A stretch of 37,722 nucleotides of DNA from Campylobacterota bacterium (GTDB lineage Bacteria; Campylobacterota; Campylobacteria; Campylobacterales; Sulfurovaceae): the NCBI GenBank assembly GCA_034722955.1, contig JAYEOM010000089.1, positions 1-37,722 on the forward strand. Direction: 5' to 3'. Made by a program: the position numbers and the translations under genes. This document shows, piece by piece, positions 36,612-37,722 of the stretch (position 1 is its first letter; each line of letters opens with the position of its first letter). Below the pieces are notes generated by a model. That model had not been told where the DNA came from. It saw only the letters and a program-made list of their open reading frames with translations, and ran no database searches.

Positions 36612-37430
36612 TTATTGACCAAGCTTGACAATCTCCTCTTTTATACTGTTGATGATGATATCTTTGGACATCTCTTGTTCGATTAGATTAAATCTATCGC
36701 TGTCACTACTACTCTGCACTATAGAGGAGACAAAATATTTTGCCAACTCATCTCTGATCTCAACCATATCTTTGATGTAGTGATTTCCACTTATGAGCAG
36801 CATAGGTATGATTTGTACCTTTTTCACTCCATCTTCAAACATCTTTTTGATAAGTTGATCTTTGATAGCATAAAAAGGGAAAGCCCCCTCTAGCGAACAT
36901 GTATAGTTAGAAATTCCGAGCTTCTCTAGTAGATCTGCACTATATCTTATGGACTCAACTCCTCCAAGCTCCAAGGCTGGAGTACCATGCATCACATATA
37001 GATTGGCTCTATCTTTGATGGTTACTTGCTCATTTAATGTTTTTAGAAAGATGGTAGTCTCTTTTGTTTTTGTTAAGATGGCATCTGTATAACGGATGTT
37101 TGCCAAACTAAAGTGTCTAAACCCATTAACAATACTCTTTAGTACTTCATGCTCATCGGTAGGAAATAGGTTGATTGAAGAGACGATGATGTTTCTATAA
37201 CCCAGCATATCGACATCTGCCAAGACTTGAGTAAGGTTTTTATAGTTCATACCTTTTTTATGTAGATTTCTCAAAATCATTCGAGATGAGAAAGATAAAA
37301 AGATATCTACATCAACAAAAGCTTCATCTATCAGTGCTTTGAGAGCAAGATATTTATCTTGCTCTATTATCGAACCAAAACAGGATAAGACTATAGCCTT
37401 ATCCTCTCTGTAGTGTCTATACCGTTTCAC
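36612..37430 (-). CDS. cbiK: CbiK-type sirohydrochlorin chelatase
   Basis: IVLSCFGS, SFSSRMI, MHGT, LEG, PMLLISGNHYIKDM motifs. Start uncertain (GTG 37430 preferred over TTG 37451). Confidence 0.8.
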   Translation of the reverse strand: MKRYRHYREDKAIVLSCFGSIIEQDKYLALKALIDEAFVDVDIFLSFSSRMILRNLHKKGMNYKNLTQVLADVDMLGYRNIIVSSINLFPTDEHEVLKSIVNGFRHFSLANIRYTDAILTKTKETTIFLKTLNEQVTIKDRANLYVMHGTPALELGGVESIRYSADLLEKLGISNYTCSLEGAFPFYAIKDQLIKKMFEDGVKKVQIIPMLLISGNHYIKDMVEIRDELAKYFVSSIVQSSSDSDRFNLIEQEMSKDIIINSIKEEIVKLGQ

Positions 37431-37454
37431 AGTTATATAATCTTTTCTCAAGGA

Positions 37455-37479
37455 TTAGATTGTATCTTTGACAATCTAA
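37455..37479. promoter_or_regulatory. 9-bp perfect inverted repeat overlapping the putative -10 of cbiK (candidate operator)
   Basis: TTAGATTGT-ATCTTTG-ACAATCTAA; minus-strand TACAAT at 37464-37459. Confidence 0.45.
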
Positions 37480-37525
37480 GGTTTTAACTATATGCATCTT
37501 TGATCCTTAATTATTTATATTTTAG

Positions 37526-37722
37526 CGTAGGGGAGCTTTATGGTGGATTTAAAACCATCAGCCCGACCAAGAATGTCAAGTTGTATGGAGAGTACAGCAA
37601 AGGGGTCAGGTAACAACTACAACCTTCAATACTAACACCACCTCCAAAGCAAAAACAAACTACGGTAGAGTACTCTAAACTCTAAGGCAAAGAAGGCAAA
37701 GGCAAAGGGCAAAGGGGTCAGT
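37526..37722. repeat. Repeat-rich terminal segment (degenerate GTAG hairpin, GCAAAGGGGTCAG direct repeat, GGCAAA tandem units)
   Basis: CGTAGGGG at 37526; GCAAAGGGGTCAG at 37597-37609 and 37709-37721; GGCAAA four times between 37686 and 37713; palindrome TAGAGTACTCTA at 37666-37677. Confidence 0.6.

Noticed and set aside
37431..37722. Cobalamin riboswitch upstream of cbiK
   Set aside because: No GGGAA...GCCCCCGC core or B12 box (GCCACTG...AGYCAG) recognisable on the minus strand within the window.
37597..37722. CRISPR array
   Set aside because: Only two 13-nt repeats and irregular hexamers; no regular repeat-spacer periodicity and no cas genes.

Overview
A 37.7 kb chromosomal segment from what looks like a Campylobacterota chemolithotroph (Sulfurovum/Sulfurimonas-like; inferred from napAGHBF-LD gene order without napC, AT-rich DNA and the glmU-coaBC-uppS-prepilin peptidase-lptF-truA block). 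The first 22.5 kb is a denitrification island. It holds the 3' end of a divergent cytochrome cd1 nitrite reductase (nirS), a pentaheme cytochrome c, a membrane-anchored diheme peroxidase, heme d1 genes (nirC-like, nirJ, nirF, nirE, sirC-like, fused nirDL), a Crp/Fnr regulator with a C-terminal CxxC tail, and a periplasmic nitrate reductase operon with two extra unknown ORFs. It also holds an uncharacterised three-gene module (DUF2249/TusA-like protein, ~12-TM His-containing membrane protein, DUF59 protein). Five FNR/Nss-type boxes (TTGAT-N4-ATCAA and variants) can be read from the DNA; four sit at class II activator geometry and one lies, unexpectedly, upstream of a TetR-ABC1/UbiB kinase-DUF4173 operon. 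The right end is accessory: a REP doublet, an FdhF/YdeP molybdoenzyme, a Na/Pi cotransporter, a CbiK-type chelatase and repeat-rich terminal sequence. Small palindromic elements occur at gene ends, including a 21-nt repeat that supplies the identical C-terminus (PMK-stop) to two unrelated genes and brackets a 4-gene block. No rRNA, tRNA, CRISPR array or intact transposase was seen. All family calls are from motif recognition, not database searches.
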